Below, piece after piece: positions 49,052 to 61,899 of a DNA stretch of 64,000 bases. Origin of the DNA: Podarcis cretensis. Its lineage: Eukaryota. The notes beneath the pieces were generated by a model. That model did not search any database and was not told the origin of the DNA. It was given only the letters and a program-made list of their open reading frames with translations. Positions within the stretch are counted from its first letter, which is position 1; each line of letters begins with the position of its first letter. The stretch spans positions 49,104,001 to 49,168,000 of the forward strand of contig OX638154.1 in the NCBI GenBank assembly GCA_951804945.1, read 5' to 3'. A program made the translations under genes and the position numbers.

Positions 49052-52000
49052 GGTTAGACCCTTATATCCCTATGACATCACAATGACACCAGGTGACCTG
49101 TTTTAGTCCACATGGTTTTTAATCAAACTGCACAGGCAAAGGCACAGTGTTTTGCAAGCCCCAATGAAAGGGATGATAATCCAAACTTGAAGAGCGCTGT
49201 GGGAGGCCCCAAAGATCAGCATAAAATCCAGAATGCAATTCTACTTGAACAAAGAGATGCAACCTTCGCATATTGAAACTTTTGCAGTCCACTGAAAATA
49301 AAAACATAACACAGCGTAATAAACTGACGTGTAGGAATAACATCCAACCAAGCTATAAAGCCACAACCCCTGAATCCAAATCTGCTCTGTAGGGTGAACT
49401 GGCTGCAATTTTTCAGTCAACAAAGTTTTCAAGTCAAGGGGCTTCTGAAGGAAACATTCATTCAAGTCAGTTTCCATTCTCTTCTGTTCATGTATCTGAA
49501 TGCAAAGACTGACATGATCGTCCGTTTACATGATAAGGCTACATAGTTCTAACTGGTCCTTCCTGCCTCCAGTCCCATCCTAACGACATGTCCAAGCATG
49601 TTAAAGCACCACCAAAACTGAAGAGATCCATTCTGATGCAAGACATTACGTTACCAGGAATCCATGCAGCCCTTAAGTAGGTTATTCCCAGTTTGATTGC
49701 AAAAATAAGCAGAGATGCTAGGCAGCTAAGCAAGTTTAGTTCCAACAATTCACACACACACCCCTCCTGAATATATTCAGATGCCCAATTCCTATCCAAA
49801 TATTCCAAGTCTACACCCTCTCTTTTGTTCTGCCCGCGCTGGGCTATTACCCTGCTGACTTGGCCTCTTTAAAGCTGCACAAACAGCTCTCAATGCCTGG
49901 GAAAGACTAGAAGAGGGTTGTGCAAAATATAAGGCAAGGTCCTTAAGGCATGGACTTGTTAGAATCCCAAGACTTCCCAGTTTTCATTTTAAAAAACGCC
50001 AGCACTTTTCTAACACTCATGGTTGTAGAGAAAAGTGTGGATATGTGATGGCAAACAACATTTCCAGTGTGGTCCTCTGTGCCAAATAAGCTTATCTCGC
50101 CTGTGGATTAGACTCACGCTGCCTGTTTGCTAGCCAAGAGGAAGTTTGCTGCAGGCAGCCGCTGAGTAGATGCATAAACCTTTCTACCAGAGAAGAACTA
50201 GTTTCCCTGGGCACAGAGCCCAGTTTTTATTTAACTCCTGAGCATGTACGTAATATCAAATATACCAAGCTGGGAAGCAGACTGTGGAATTCCAGGCTCC
50301 TTGTAAAAGAGCAAGATTGGAATAGGAAGTATTGTAAAAGTTGTCTCGGTGGTCTCTTCTCGTCCAGGCTACCCTCTTCCCGAGTTCCACTCTAACCAGC
50401 AGGAATCACTGGCAAACTCCAAGCATCTCCCAGGCAAAATCTGGAATGCAGTTGTGCGCCCTCTGCAAACTTTAGCACCCAAAGGTGTGTCTGCATGCTC
50501 CTGTAGAGAAACTGTGCTCATGCCATAAACCTTGGCGTCTTGAACCAAAACAAGATGTTTTATAATTGAGTAATCAAACCTCCGCCGTGTTGCAATGGAA
50601 TCACATGACTCCCCCTCCTCAAGGAAGGGAAATCTCAGGGTAGGAAGTCAGCTAGACGGAGGGAATGCCAACTCATTATAATCAAATGCATCTATTAGAG
50701 CCCCACCACCATCATTATCATTAAAGAAAAGCACTTCAGAGGAGTAGTGGGAGGCGACATGCCAAAACATCTCCCTGCCTGTTGTTCCACTGCTGCAAAT
50801 AGCTGGGAAAGTGGCTTTTCCAAAAAAACAGAGAGGACTATAGCACCAGAGCTCACTTGTTCGTAACATGCAGTCAACATCTAAGTGCCTGCCCCTCTTC
50901 ACATGCATGTGTGATGTGGGAGTCACTTTCCTTTGGCTTGATGTCCCACATGGGTGTTGGCACCAGAAGTACCATGTGGGTGAGGCTAATTGCAGGTGAC
51001 TTTCCCACCTAGTTGGTGGCCTGCACACAACCAGCTCAGCGCATGAATCTATTTCATGTGGAGTTGCAGTAACCAATATGCAGCTAATGGTTATGGGAAT
51101 CAGCCTCCGTATCCTTCTATGTCTGCAGAATCCCCATTGGAAGATTAGAAATGCTGGGCATGCCTACTTGGGGGAAGTACATTCATCATCAAGCATTGCA
51201 GCCAAAATTCCAAAGGGCTGGTGGTGTCCCACCTGCAGCTCTGCAAAGAAAATTAGTTACCTTCTACGAATTTCTTGCCCACTACTCAGCCTGACAAAAC
51301 TCCATCCGGGATATGTTTGCAGCCAGTACAACTTTGACCTACTGACACATACTCAGGGGCTTTCCAGATAACAGCAATGAATAAAGTTTGGTTTGCTTGT
51401 TTAAATAAGAGGGGTTATTAGTTGGACTCAGTGGAGCAATGTCCTGCCTAAGGGTTTGAGAGAAATTACGTTTGGTTCACATTTTAATTGGAAACTCCCT
51501 GTTCCACACTTCCTAAAACAATATGCAAACAGAATTGCAGTTATCCTTAGAAATTTGGATTTCTCCAGATTTTGCGAAGCAGTTGTGCAGCCAAAGAATG
51601 GGTACAAAGATGGGTACATCAGGGAACAGTGTACATGAAATGCATATATTAGTGAAAACTACATACAAAATGCATTATGTTAGGGATAATTGCTTCCCCA
51701 AAAAATGTGTTTAGCAGGGGAGATTTGCACTAAAACACCGATGAACGTTTATGAGGACTTGAGGAATTTGAAGGAAGAAGCACAGAATAATGAGAAACTC
51801 TGGGAAACGGACATTGGCAGATCCATTCATCCTTAGTCCTACTCCCTGCTCTCCATGCTCAAATTTCAGGGTGGCCAGAGGGGATGATGGTGAGCTTCAG
51901 GCCTGGAGGCCAAATAGCTATCATTTTTAGAAGTGGCAGTGAAACTGTGATTTAGCTAAAATGCAGGCAGGTGTGGTTTCACCGAAAGCCCCCTACCTTT

Positions 52001-52223
52001 CCCCCTATACTTAGAACACTACTTTTGGTTTTGAACACAAGATGTTCCAGGGCTGAAGAAAATAAGTGCACAGCTTGGAACTGGGGGGGGGGGGAGAGAC
52101 TGGTGGTGGTAAGATTAACAAACTGGTGGGACATGGGTGTGATGAAGCTCTCTTGTACTGGAATAATACAGCAAGGGCACATTCTACTCCAGAGAAATAA
52201 GTACAGCAGCAACAAAACACACC

Positions 52224-52251
52224 ACACACACACACACACACACACACACAC
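52224..52251. repeat. (CA)n microsatellite
   Basis: read directly. Confidence 0.9.
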
Positions 52252-52319
52252 CAGTTTATAGAATTGTGCAAGACTGGGAAGGGAAATGTGTGGCAGTGTT
52301 ACTGGGACATAATCTCAGA

Positions 52320-52498
52320 GTTGTGGCTCAGTGGCATAGCACAGACTTGGCATGTAAAAGGTTCCAAATTCAATCCCACATCTCTAGGTAGGACTGGGAG
52401 AGAGCCTTGAAACCCTGGAGAGCTGCTGCCAGTCAGTGTAGACAGTAATGAGCTAAGCACACCAGTCGTTGGGCTCAGGAAGCCTCCCGTGTCCCTAT
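52320..52498 (+). mobile_element. Degenerate Squam2-like SINE
   Basis: GGCTCAGTGG head, GAAACCCTGGAGAGCTGCTGCCAGTCAGTGTAGAC body; relatives near 16835-16977 (+) and 1735-1880 (-). Confidence 0.65.
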
Positions 52499-52693
52499 GA
52501 CGAATGCTGCTTGCCACCAGCAATGTCAAAAACAATAGACAGTGAACTTATGACCCTCCTTGTTGGACTTCAGCTCCCATCATTCCTGACTATTGGCCGT
52601 ACTAGCTTGGGGATGATGGGAGTGGGAGTCCAATGACAACACCTGGAAGGCCAGAGTTTCTCTACCCATCTCTGCAATAGAGACAAAACAGTA

Positions 52694-52935
52694 CAGTGGT
52701 ACCTCGGGTTACATACGCTTCAGGTTACATACACTTCAGGTTACACACTCCGCTAACCCAGAAATAGTGCTTCAGGTTAAGAACATTGCTTCAGGATAAG
52801 AACAGAAATCGGGCTCCGGAGGCGCAGCGGCAGCAGGAGGCCTCATTAGCTAAAGTGGTGCTTCAGGTTAAGAACAGTTTCAGGTTAAGAACAGACCTCC
52901 GGAACGAATTAAGTACTTAACCTGAGGTACCACTG
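52694..52935. mobile_element. Tc1/mariner-type MITE family A, copy 2 (inverted relative to copy 1)
   Basis: same TIRs; reverse complement of 38642-38873. Confidence 0.9.
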
Positions 52936-54509
52936 TGTCATAGTCCAGACAGAGCTGAACGCTACAAATAGATGGGCAAGCTATGACAAGTGTGTTACAA
53001 TTTCACATCACAGCAATTCGTGTGCTCAGAAAACACAACATCCCTGGCCAGAACAGACCCCCTACTTCAGGAAATACATGTCAGACATTTACCACCATAA
53101 TACGGACAACTGTGTGTTTATCGTGCAATAAACCAATAATCCGGAAATGTCCTCCAGGTGCCCAATCCCAGACTGTGAGTCAAATCCCTCCTCCTGCCCC
53201 CACCATAGTCGCAAAGATGTTTAAACAACCCCCTGGGCAGTTTTAAAAGTAACTCATGCTGAGTGAGCTCTTTTTCGTTTGTCTTCTACACACCAAGGCA
53301 GAAACAGGGCTGCCAACTGGCTGAATTATTATTTTTAATTAACTGTGCAGTTTTAATTGATTAATTGAACAATTAAGAGATTAAAATCTCAATACTAAGC
53401 AATAATTATCACCACCTTTCCCCCAAGGAGCCTCCCAGATGCCCCACACCCTGAAAAGCTTGGCTGTCTATTTTGCCTCCACTGAAGGAAGGGTTCCACA
53501 TATCCTGGTCAAAGCAACCACAATTCAATACCTTCCCATTATACCTCCTTTGCTATATTCTCCCTGTTTGTATCAGCTGCCAACGTGTGGCTAAAATATA
53601 CTCAGCACTGAAGCATATCTTCAAAATGTATCTGTTTGACTGGAAGAATACCACAGACTTCAGAAAACCAGAAAAATTATTGCACCAAAAATGGATTGTG
53701 GCGTTGCAGCTACGAAACCACCAAACCCCAATTGCTGGGAAGCAGCAACACTAGCCCAGAGTTGGCACAATATATTTTGCTGCCCGAGGTGAAGCAGCAA
53801 GTGGCACCCGTCCCACCACAAGCCACACTGCATCCCAGGCTGGAAATGTTATGTTTACACCCGAGGCAGCAAATCCCAAAAGCAATCCCCATAGCAGGAA
53901 AAATATAACAAGGGAAAAAACAAAATTTGAGAATTTGCTGCCCTTGCATGACATACACAACCAGCTGCCTGAGGTGGTGGCCCTTCTCTGTGCAATGGCA
54001 GGGCTGGCCCTGCCTGCCTCCAACAAGATGGCTGCTGCACTTCGGTCAGTAGAGGGAAGAAGTCTGGTGTCCTGAATAGCAAGCGGATAATGCCTTTAGA
54101 AGCAATACTAGTTGTCAAGTTACTCCCTGTGCCATTTTGAAATGGCTTATATGTACACCCCCTCACGCCCCCCAAATGTTTAGGGATCCTCCCCACAATC
54201 CCGCTGCCACTGAAGACTGTATGTTCCCCTTTTGCACTGCTCAAGGAAACACTTCCTACAAATGAAGAACACCACCACTAACCCCAGCCATACCAAGACT
54301 ATCCCCAGCCCAGTTCCATAATGTGGAGTTGGCCAGCAAATGTGTAGGACTAGGAGATCGCCTGAAGCAGCTGGCAGATGAGGCAGTGCGCTTAAAAGGG
54401 GCACTCAGTGCACTGAAGACGTTGAATGGTGGCCAAGGGGTAAGGGGCCCCTATCTGACAAATTAGTGCCTGGGGCATGTGAGGGTGCCAAGTCAGCACC
54501 TTGCAGGTA

Positions 54510-54723
54510 CAGCCATACCTTGGAAGTCGCACAGAATCCGTTCCGGAAGTCCATTCGACTTCCAAAATGTTCGAAAATCAAATCTTCCTGCAGCCAACCA
54601 GAAGCCGCAAAAGCCCCATTGGATGTTCGGGTTCCAAAAAGTGGAACGATCACTTCTGGGTATGCGGCGTTTGGGAGCCAAAACTTCCAAGTTCCAGGGC
54701 ATTCAGGATCCAAGGTACGACTG
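54510..54723. mobile_element. Tc1/mariner-type (Tigger-like) MITE family B, 214 bp
   Basis: TIRs CAGCCATACCTTGG / CCAAGGTACGACTG, TA TSD on both sides. Confidence 0.75.
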
Positions 54724-55509
54724 TATTTGACACCCATTGTCAGCTGCTGGTATCATAGCTCATGCCCACACTTGGGGGATGCCAGCTAGTCAGCTGCCAC
54801 ATGTCTGCAGACCTAGCAGCCCCTATATCTCTGCTGCCACATCCCTCTGGTAAAGGCATCTAGCTCGCCAGCCCTTTGGTAATTCCTCCTTAGTGGCAGC
54901 CTCTTACTTCCCAATGCATCACTTCACCAGTTACTACTGGCTGGATAAAAGCATCATGAAATAACCCCAGTTTTGCAGGACCCTACATTCCTATGTGCAT
55001 ACAGTCCCTGCCAAAGACCTCAAATGCTCCTTCCTCCCACCAGGCAAGATAATCAGCACGGAAAGTGATTTTGTCTTGAGGCCCTTTCTGTTTCTGCTCT
55101 GCCTCTAGTCACAGGGCTGCCTTCCCACCTTTTAGCCCAGGAGAGCTTCCTCTGCATTGTCCCGCAGAAACAGGGAGGACTGAGAGAGAGAACAACAGGG
55201 CAGCGCCCAGCATCCCAGCAGACCAAGAGCTGCACCTCATATTATGGATTTCCAATACAAACGCAACTTCCATGTAAGAAATCACAGGCAGGCAGCACAT
55301 AGATGTAAACGCATACACTCAGAAGCCACGACCAGGACAAAAAGATTGCACATGCAACACATGGCAACCCATCTGTGGATTTTAATGCTATAGTTGTGAC
55401 TTCCTTTAAGCAGGGAATCTGCAACATGTGAAATAACCCATAGAGAAGAGGAAGAGAATTGTTGATTTCACCAGAGCTCTGTTTTTTTTAAAAAAAATGT
55501 AACCAAGTA

Positions 55510-55743
55510 CAGTGGTACCTCACGTTACATACGCTTCAGGTTACATACGCTTCAGGTTACAGACTCCGCTAACCCAGAAATAGTACCTCGGGTTAAGAAC
55601 TTTGCTTCAGGATGAGAACAGAAATTGTGCTCCGGCGGCAGTGGGAGGCCCCATTAGCTAAAGTGGTGCTTCAGGTTAAGAACAGTTTCAGGTTAAGAAC
55701 AGACCTCTGGAACGAATTAAGTACTTAACCCGAGGTACCACTG
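55510..55743. mobile_element. Tc1/mariner-type MITE family A, copy 3 (same orientation as copy 2)
   Basis: TIRs and TA TSD. Confidence 0.9.
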
Positions 55744-55933
55744 TATTAATGGATTCACCCCAATAAAGTAGCAGTTCCCATTCTATGTCTAATTATCTCA
55801 TGAACACCAGGAAGCTGGGTACTTACATTCCGAAAAATAAATACTCCACAACATTTTCTAATGATTTGGAAATATTGATCATCAATAAACAACAGCCCTC
55901 TCTCCCTTTTCGAATCAGAAAGCAACAGAACTC

Positions 55934-56160
55934 CCTTACCTGCTGGGCTCGGTCCCTGATTCAGAATAGCTGGTATCAGGAGAAAAATGAGCGAGAGGAA
56001 GCCAGTTCTGCCCTAGTGTTCCAATCTCCAAAACTGCTGGATTTTTCGTTGAGTTCACACTTCCGACCCCTCGGCTGCTTCCCTCTTCCAGGCACTGTCT
56101 TGCTCTGCCAAAGAAACTGTGTTACTTGTTTTGACTTGAGTCAGAGGGGAGGGGCAGGTG
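55934..56160 (-). promoter_or_regulatory. Candidate distal INAVA promoter / non-coding first exon
   Basis: consensus donor CAG|GTAAGG at 55940; AP-1 TGAGTCA 56137-56143; GC box GGGGAGGGGC 56146-56155; E-box CAGGTG 56155-56160. Confidence 0.4.
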
Positions 56161-56638
56161 AGCAATACCTTTTCAGCCACAGTGGAATCAGCACAGCCAA
56201 ATCCTTCCAGGCACAGAAGGACAAGCCAACACATGGCACCAAAGGGGAGGGACTAGAGGGACAGCCTCTTTCTTGCAAAAGGCTCCCAGGAATCCCTCCC
56301 TCGCCCCTGAACTGATCCTTAAGAAAAAGAGAAAGCAGCAGTATGTTTGCTTTCACTGCAGCCAGCTCCAGACCAACACACAGGCATTGAATACCCAAAA
56401 TTAATTTGATTCCACACTTATAACTCATTGCAATATAAACATACTCTGAGCCCTCCGATGATAAATAATGAGATCATTAGTATTTGGATACCAGATGTTG
56501 CTACACTTCAGGAAGCTCAGGGGCCACTTTTTATAACACTGTTTTGTACTTGGTACTGAGGGTAAAACTACTACGCATTACATTCAAACACATTTAACAA
56601 TACCCTGACAGCTGCTGCTGCTACTACTACTGCTACTA

Positions 56639-56880
56639 CCATGGTACCTCGGGTTAAGTACTTAATTCGTTCCGGAGGTCTGTTCTTAACCTGAAACTGT
56701 TCTTAACCTGAAGCACCACTTTAGTTAATGGGGCTTCCTGCTGCTGCCGCGCTGCAGAAGAAAAATTTCTGTTCTCATCCTGAAGCAAAGTTCTTAACTC
56801 GAGATACTATTTCTGGGTTAGCGGAGTCTGTAACCTGAAGTGTCTGTAACCTGAAGCGCCTGTAACCCGAGGTACCGCTA
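56639..56880. mobile_element. Tc1/mariner-type MITE family A, copy 4 (same orientation as copy 1)
   Basis: slightly degenerate TIRs, TA flanks. Confidence 0.88.
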
Positions 56881-57321
56881 TATTAAGGAAAAACAACTTA
56901 GGGAAGATTGTGATCTGCAGCAGTGAAGGAGGGGTGCTTTCCTCTCCACACATTTGCCACTATTTCACTGCACCTCCTTCCCTTCCCCTGCAATACATTT
57001 TCCTCTCCACGGTTTTTTCTTCCTGATCATGTTTACCTTCACAAGCAAGGAAAACAGCCTTTGGACAGAAATTGCAGTGAGAAAGAAATAGGCAGGGGAA
57101 GGGTCAAGCCCCCCTTCCTCCCACAGCTGTTTCAAACTTCGAGGGGGGGGTGCGGAGTGCTCCTGCTCTTGTGCTCAGGTCCTGCTCGTTTCCCACAAGC
57201 ATCTGGCTGGCCATTGGGATGCTGACTTAGATGGGGCACTGGCCTGATCCAGCCTGCTCAAGGTGGGACTGAGGCCAGAAGCTGTGTGGCTCCAGCTGCA
57301 TTTCCCTTTGCACAGCACAGC

Positions 57322-57353
<32 letters not shown>

Positions 57354-57372
57354 AGAGAGAGTGAGTGTGTGA
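57322..57372. repeat. Compound (TG)n-(AG)n microsatellite
   Basis: read directly. Confidence 0.9.
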
Positions 57373-58809
57373 GACAGCTAATTCAAAGGCAAAAAGAGGA
57401 GGGTATTTGCTATCATTTTTCAAACCCACTGGTTATACTGTCCCCGGTCAGTCTCGAAAGCCTCACTACTTCTACACAGAAGCTGCCTTGCAGCCTGTGC
57501 TGACATGGAGAAAGTGAAGCGCTGATGAAGAGACGTTGCTTGGAGACCATTTTTCAGACACCTGCTCCAGTAGTGTACTTCAGAATAGGGCGCAGAAAAT
57601 CAAGTTGTTTCCTATATTGCCAAAACCCAATCGCTCTCTGTGCAGCTGTTTCCTCACTTGTTCCCAACCAAACATCAGAAACAACAAATAGTTATTTGAG
57701 CATAGATTCCCCATACTGCCCTTTGGAAACAAGCTGCTATTACATTCTGGGCTCCTTGTTTTCATACCCAACGCTTAACCACTAGTGGGATCTGCGGGTA
57801 GATGTTCCATAGTGGTAGCTGAACTCCAGGGGGAGGTTCACAGTAAGTATTCTCAGGCCCTGGGTGCTCAATAAAGGCTTACCCAGGCTAGTTATTGGAA
57901 ACTCCAATATAAGCAGGCTTTCTGTTGCAGCTGAAACTTGTTTGAGAAACAATACCTTCCTAGGTCTTTGCATGCTTTGATATCTTGGTTGCTCTTTGTT
58001 TTCTGGCTTGCTTGTTGATTCTGCCTCCCAGTTTTTTCTACAGTCCTGACTTGCTTTTCAGCCCTAAGGTCTGGCTTCTTCTTGACCCAGCCAATTTCCC
58101 GTCTTGTTCCTGAACCCTGATTCCCAGTTTGTCCTTTGGTTCTGATGATTTAGTTCTACAGTTCTTGATTCCCACCTCAGACTGCTGCTCTTGGCTCAGC
58201 CCTTACAAGACCACACTGGATAAAATGTGAACCTTGGAACTTTTGAAGACTTCAAATATTCAGCCAATGGGCTCCCTTGGGCAAATTTTGCTTCTCTGCC
58301 CCCATCCCCCATCTGCAAAGCAGGAATAACTTGTATTATAGTGTTGGGAGAATAAGATGGTGCTTGCAAAATGATTGCCACTTAGGCATGGTATAAATTA
58401 ATTTATTTTAATTAAGATTATCAGTCATAACAACTGCTTCCTCTTAGTCCGCTCTGAGCAACTAATTTGCAGTTCAGGCAAACATGCAGAACAGCTCAAA
58501 AATCTTACCCTGGAAACTTTACTCACTCTGCTCTATGAAGAAATGTGTGGTGTTTATTCAGAGGAAGAAACCCTCTGGGCTTGTTTACCACACTTCAAGG
58601 TAAAATGCCAAAGTATATTTGTGGTAATCTTCCCTTCAACTCTGACCGTCATACAATACGGCCACTGATTAGGCTTATCAGTAATCTATCTATATACTAT
58701 GGAGCTGTGGGAGCAGCTGTAGAGTTAAGGCAGCTGGCTTTTTCCATATTATATCATTATAAAGCCTGAAAATTCTGCTCATTGTAAGTGTGAAGAATCT
58801 GCCTCACGA

Positions 58810-59115
58810 GGGGTATAATGTAACAGACAAACTGAAGCTCAATCAAGGCAAGATGGAGGTTCTGGCAGAGCATCTTTTCACAGAATCCAGCCCATTCTGA
58901 ATGGAGTTGCAGTCCCCTCTTAAGGAGCAAATTTGCAACTTGGAAGCACATCCGAGTCCACCGCGGCTTCTGAATTGACAAGTGACAGCTGTGCCCAAGG
59001 GTGCTTTTCCACAATATCGGGGATGTGCTAGCTGCAAATTGTCCTGAGGAAGGCAGACTTTGCCACAGTCACACGTACTAGACTAATGTAACGCACTTTA
59101 CATGGCGCTGCCTTG
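58810..59115 (+). mobile_element. Degenerate L2-like reverse transcriptase fragment
   Basis: AAACTGAAGCTCAAT..GGCAAGATGGAG resembles the LKLN.xKTE motif; disrupted. Confidence 0.55.
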
Positions 59116-59590
59116 CTGAGGCAGATCAGCATGAGCATTTGTAAATGCCAGACAGAACTATTCTGTTTCTCCTCTCCCTACGTTCTGTTCTGGGGGGTTC
59201 TCATGACTCTCCAGAGTGGATTTGGGGGAAAGTGGGGGAAGCCCCATTGCACTAGCAGGAGCCTTAGCTCTGGCAAAGTGGGTAGAACAATGAATGTAGT
59301 TTTTACCTTTGTACAGTATGCTAGTTTCGACACACACATCTCCCTCTTTCCTCCATTTAGGCAAGCGATAATCAGTCTGAGAGCTCAAGGGCACATTGCA
59401 GCCCAGCCAAAAAACACTCAAGGAGGGTGTGAGGTAAAGCCAGTGGGTGGTATTGCCTGGAAAGAGCCCTAAGGTTAGATGGAGGGACCCAGATTACCAC
59501 ATTTGGCCCCTGGGCCTGAAATAAGCAGCAAACACATACTACAATCTCATATATTTTGCTCACTTGCAACATGCTGCACCCAATTGCCCC

Positions 59591-59629
<39 letters not shown>
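59591..59629. repeat. (AAT)n microsatellite, about 13 units
   Basis: read directly; explains the poly-N and poly-I ORFs. Confidence 0.95.
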
Positions 59630-59771
59630 TCTTTAATACGGTCAATGACCAGAAAGCCCCATTATCTTTCTACCCCAAATGCCCCAATTCATGCATACGT
59701 CCCCCTAACTGCACTTTTTTTGGGAAACAGTGGATGCCACCAGCTAGGTATTTGGCTGCAGATACAGACAA

Positions 59772-60121
59772 GGGACGCAGGTGGCGCTGTGGGTTAAACC
59801 ACAGAGCCTAGGGCTTGCAGATCAGAAGGTTGGCAGTTTGAATCCCCGTGACGGGGTGAGCTCCCATTGCTCGGTCCCTGCTCCTGTGAACCTAGCAATT
59901 CAAAAACACATCAAAGTGCAAGTAGATAAATAGGTACCGCTCCGGCAGGAAGGTAAACGGCATTTCCGTGCACTGCTCTGGTTCGCCAGAAGTGGCTTAG
60001 TCATGCTGGCCACATGACCCGGAAGCGGTACGCCGGCTTCCCTGGCCAATAAAGCGAGATGAGTGCCACAACCTCAGAGTTGTCCGTGACTGGGCCTACT
60101 GGTCAGGGGTCCCTTTACATT
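59772..60121 (+). mobile_element. Sauria SINE, full length, TSD TACAGACAA (59763-59771 / 60122-60130)
   Basis: GGGACGCAGGTGGCGCTGTGGGTTAAACC head, B box, GTCCCTTTAC tail, flanking direct repeat. Confidence 0.92.
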
Positions 60122-60719
60122 TACAGACAAGGCTACAGGGTGACTAAGAACTTTCAAACCTTTACGGAAGGTGTAGTATGTTCTTTCTTTACCAGAGAGG
60201 CCACACAATTTGATATATAGCACCTGAAGAGGCTATTCCACTCGGATGCTCTAAAGTCAGTGTGCAAACCAAGTTCCGAAAGCACCAGCCAACAAAACTC
60301 ATCATTTCAAAGAAACAGTCAGTGACTAATCTAATCACCATTGTGTACCTGTTTAGAGACAGTGACTGATGCATGACTTTTGCCTTTTCTGGTGATGGTG
60401 TGAAGATTTCCTGGATCACGCAGACAGATCCAGACAGCAAGCAGAGAAAGAAAGGCCCAGCACATGGCCAGGGATGGATCATCATCTTTTTGCCAGACAG
60501 AATTTGAAAGTTTTGTCTAGGTGCAAAACTGGACTGGCCCTGCCACACAGCAGGGTGATGTGTGTTCAGACAGCGTCATGGGAAGCGGGGTGACCACTAA
60601 AGTCAGGAACTGGTGTCTGGAGGGCACAGCAAGACTTTTATAAGTGTTTGCTAGGGATGGAGGAGAAGTAATTTTTCAAAAGCACTTTAATGAGGAACTA
60701 CCAAATCAGCGCCTCTTGG

Positions 60720-60738
60720 GGGCCACCAGGTGGCGCAT
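60720..60738 (+). promoter_or_regulatory. CTCF binding motif
   Basis: GGGCCACCAGGTGGCGCAT is a near-consensus CTCF core, in a small CpG-rich patch outside recognisable repeats. Confidence 0.7.
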
Positions 60739-61549
60739 TGGAAGATGGCCGACAATAACATCTCTCCGACCCACACAAGGTAATTAAGAGGCTGCTACGG
60801 GAAGTATGCAGCCTTCCCGATCCCCCAAGGATATGGGGGAGACAGCCTTGCCAGCGGTGTCCATAATGCACCCCCGGATTCGAAAGAAGGGGGTGCCGGT
60901 CACTTGGCACAGCCCTTGGTGAAGTCGGCTCTTCCTGGACGCTGTCTCCAATCAGCGCGTGCTGGTTCGCTTTAGCTCGAAAATATAATTGGAAACATAT
61001 AATTGGAAAGAAGCTAAAGCACATACATATGTACAGATAGCTGCAGAGAGCCAGAAGTCCTTTTATTTTACCCTCCATCTTTCTTCAGTTTTTTCTTTCT
61101 TTTCCTTTTTTTTGCTTACTACTTTAGATTTCTCATTTTCTTATTTTCTCCCTTCTGTCTTAGCTACTTAATTTAAAAAAGAGCAGTTTTAAGTTGCAAA
61201 CAGGCTGTTTAGGTATCACAAATGAGTCACTGGAAACAGGTTTTCCACCACCCTCGGATTTCCCTTGAAAAGGATAAAGAAAGATTAAATGGGGGAAAAT
61301 ACAGGCCAGCATTTTGATGCCAACAACGTTTGAGTGTTTTGAAAAAAATTGTATGCATGTGTAGCACCTATCAGACAACACCCCCATGTCTAGAAGCACC
61401 CTACAAACACAGCGCAGGATGATCTGCTCTCTGGCCCTAATCTGTTTCTTTATATTTAATATTTGAGTGCGGGGGGGGGGGGGGGTTACGGCAGGGCAAC
61501 AAGGGAGCAACTGTTTTCAAACACTAGCAAATTGTTTTCTTTTGATGAA

Positions 61550-61735
61550 AGCGTCAGTGTGGTGCAGCAGTTAGAACGTTGAACCTGGGAGACCAGGGTT
61601 CAAATCTCTACTCAGCCGTGAAACCTTGGGTCCTTCCTTATCACTTAACCTAGCCTACCTCACAGGGTTGCTGTGAGGATAAAATGACTTCCTTGGAGAA
61701 AAGGCGGGATACAGATGTAATAATAAATAAATAAA
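61550..61735 (+). mobile_element. Older tRNA-derived SINE (MIR/Squam3-related)
   Basis: CAGTGTGGTGCAGCAGTTAG head, GGGTTCAAATC B box, CCTACCTCACAGGGTTGCTGTGAGGAT core, AT-rich tail. Confidence 0.65.
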
Positions 61736-61899
61736 ACTGACCTGCAACACAGGCAAAGTTTTTCCCCCAAGATGTAGTGATGAGAAATGCTCAAAGGCAG
61801 CTTGCTGGGTGAAGTGGATTGGTTATGCTAGATTCCTGGCAGGTGGGGTGCTCTTGGCTTACTGGGAAGAAGCAAGGTGAGGAGGTCAGTAGAGTGCTA

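Noticed and set aside
55785-56315. 176-aa + strand ORF
   Set aside because: No homology recognised and no coding-like composition; overlaps a candidate - strand promoter.
59479-59811. Poly-Asn and poly-Ile ORFs
   Set aside because: Translations of the (AAT)n microsatellite.
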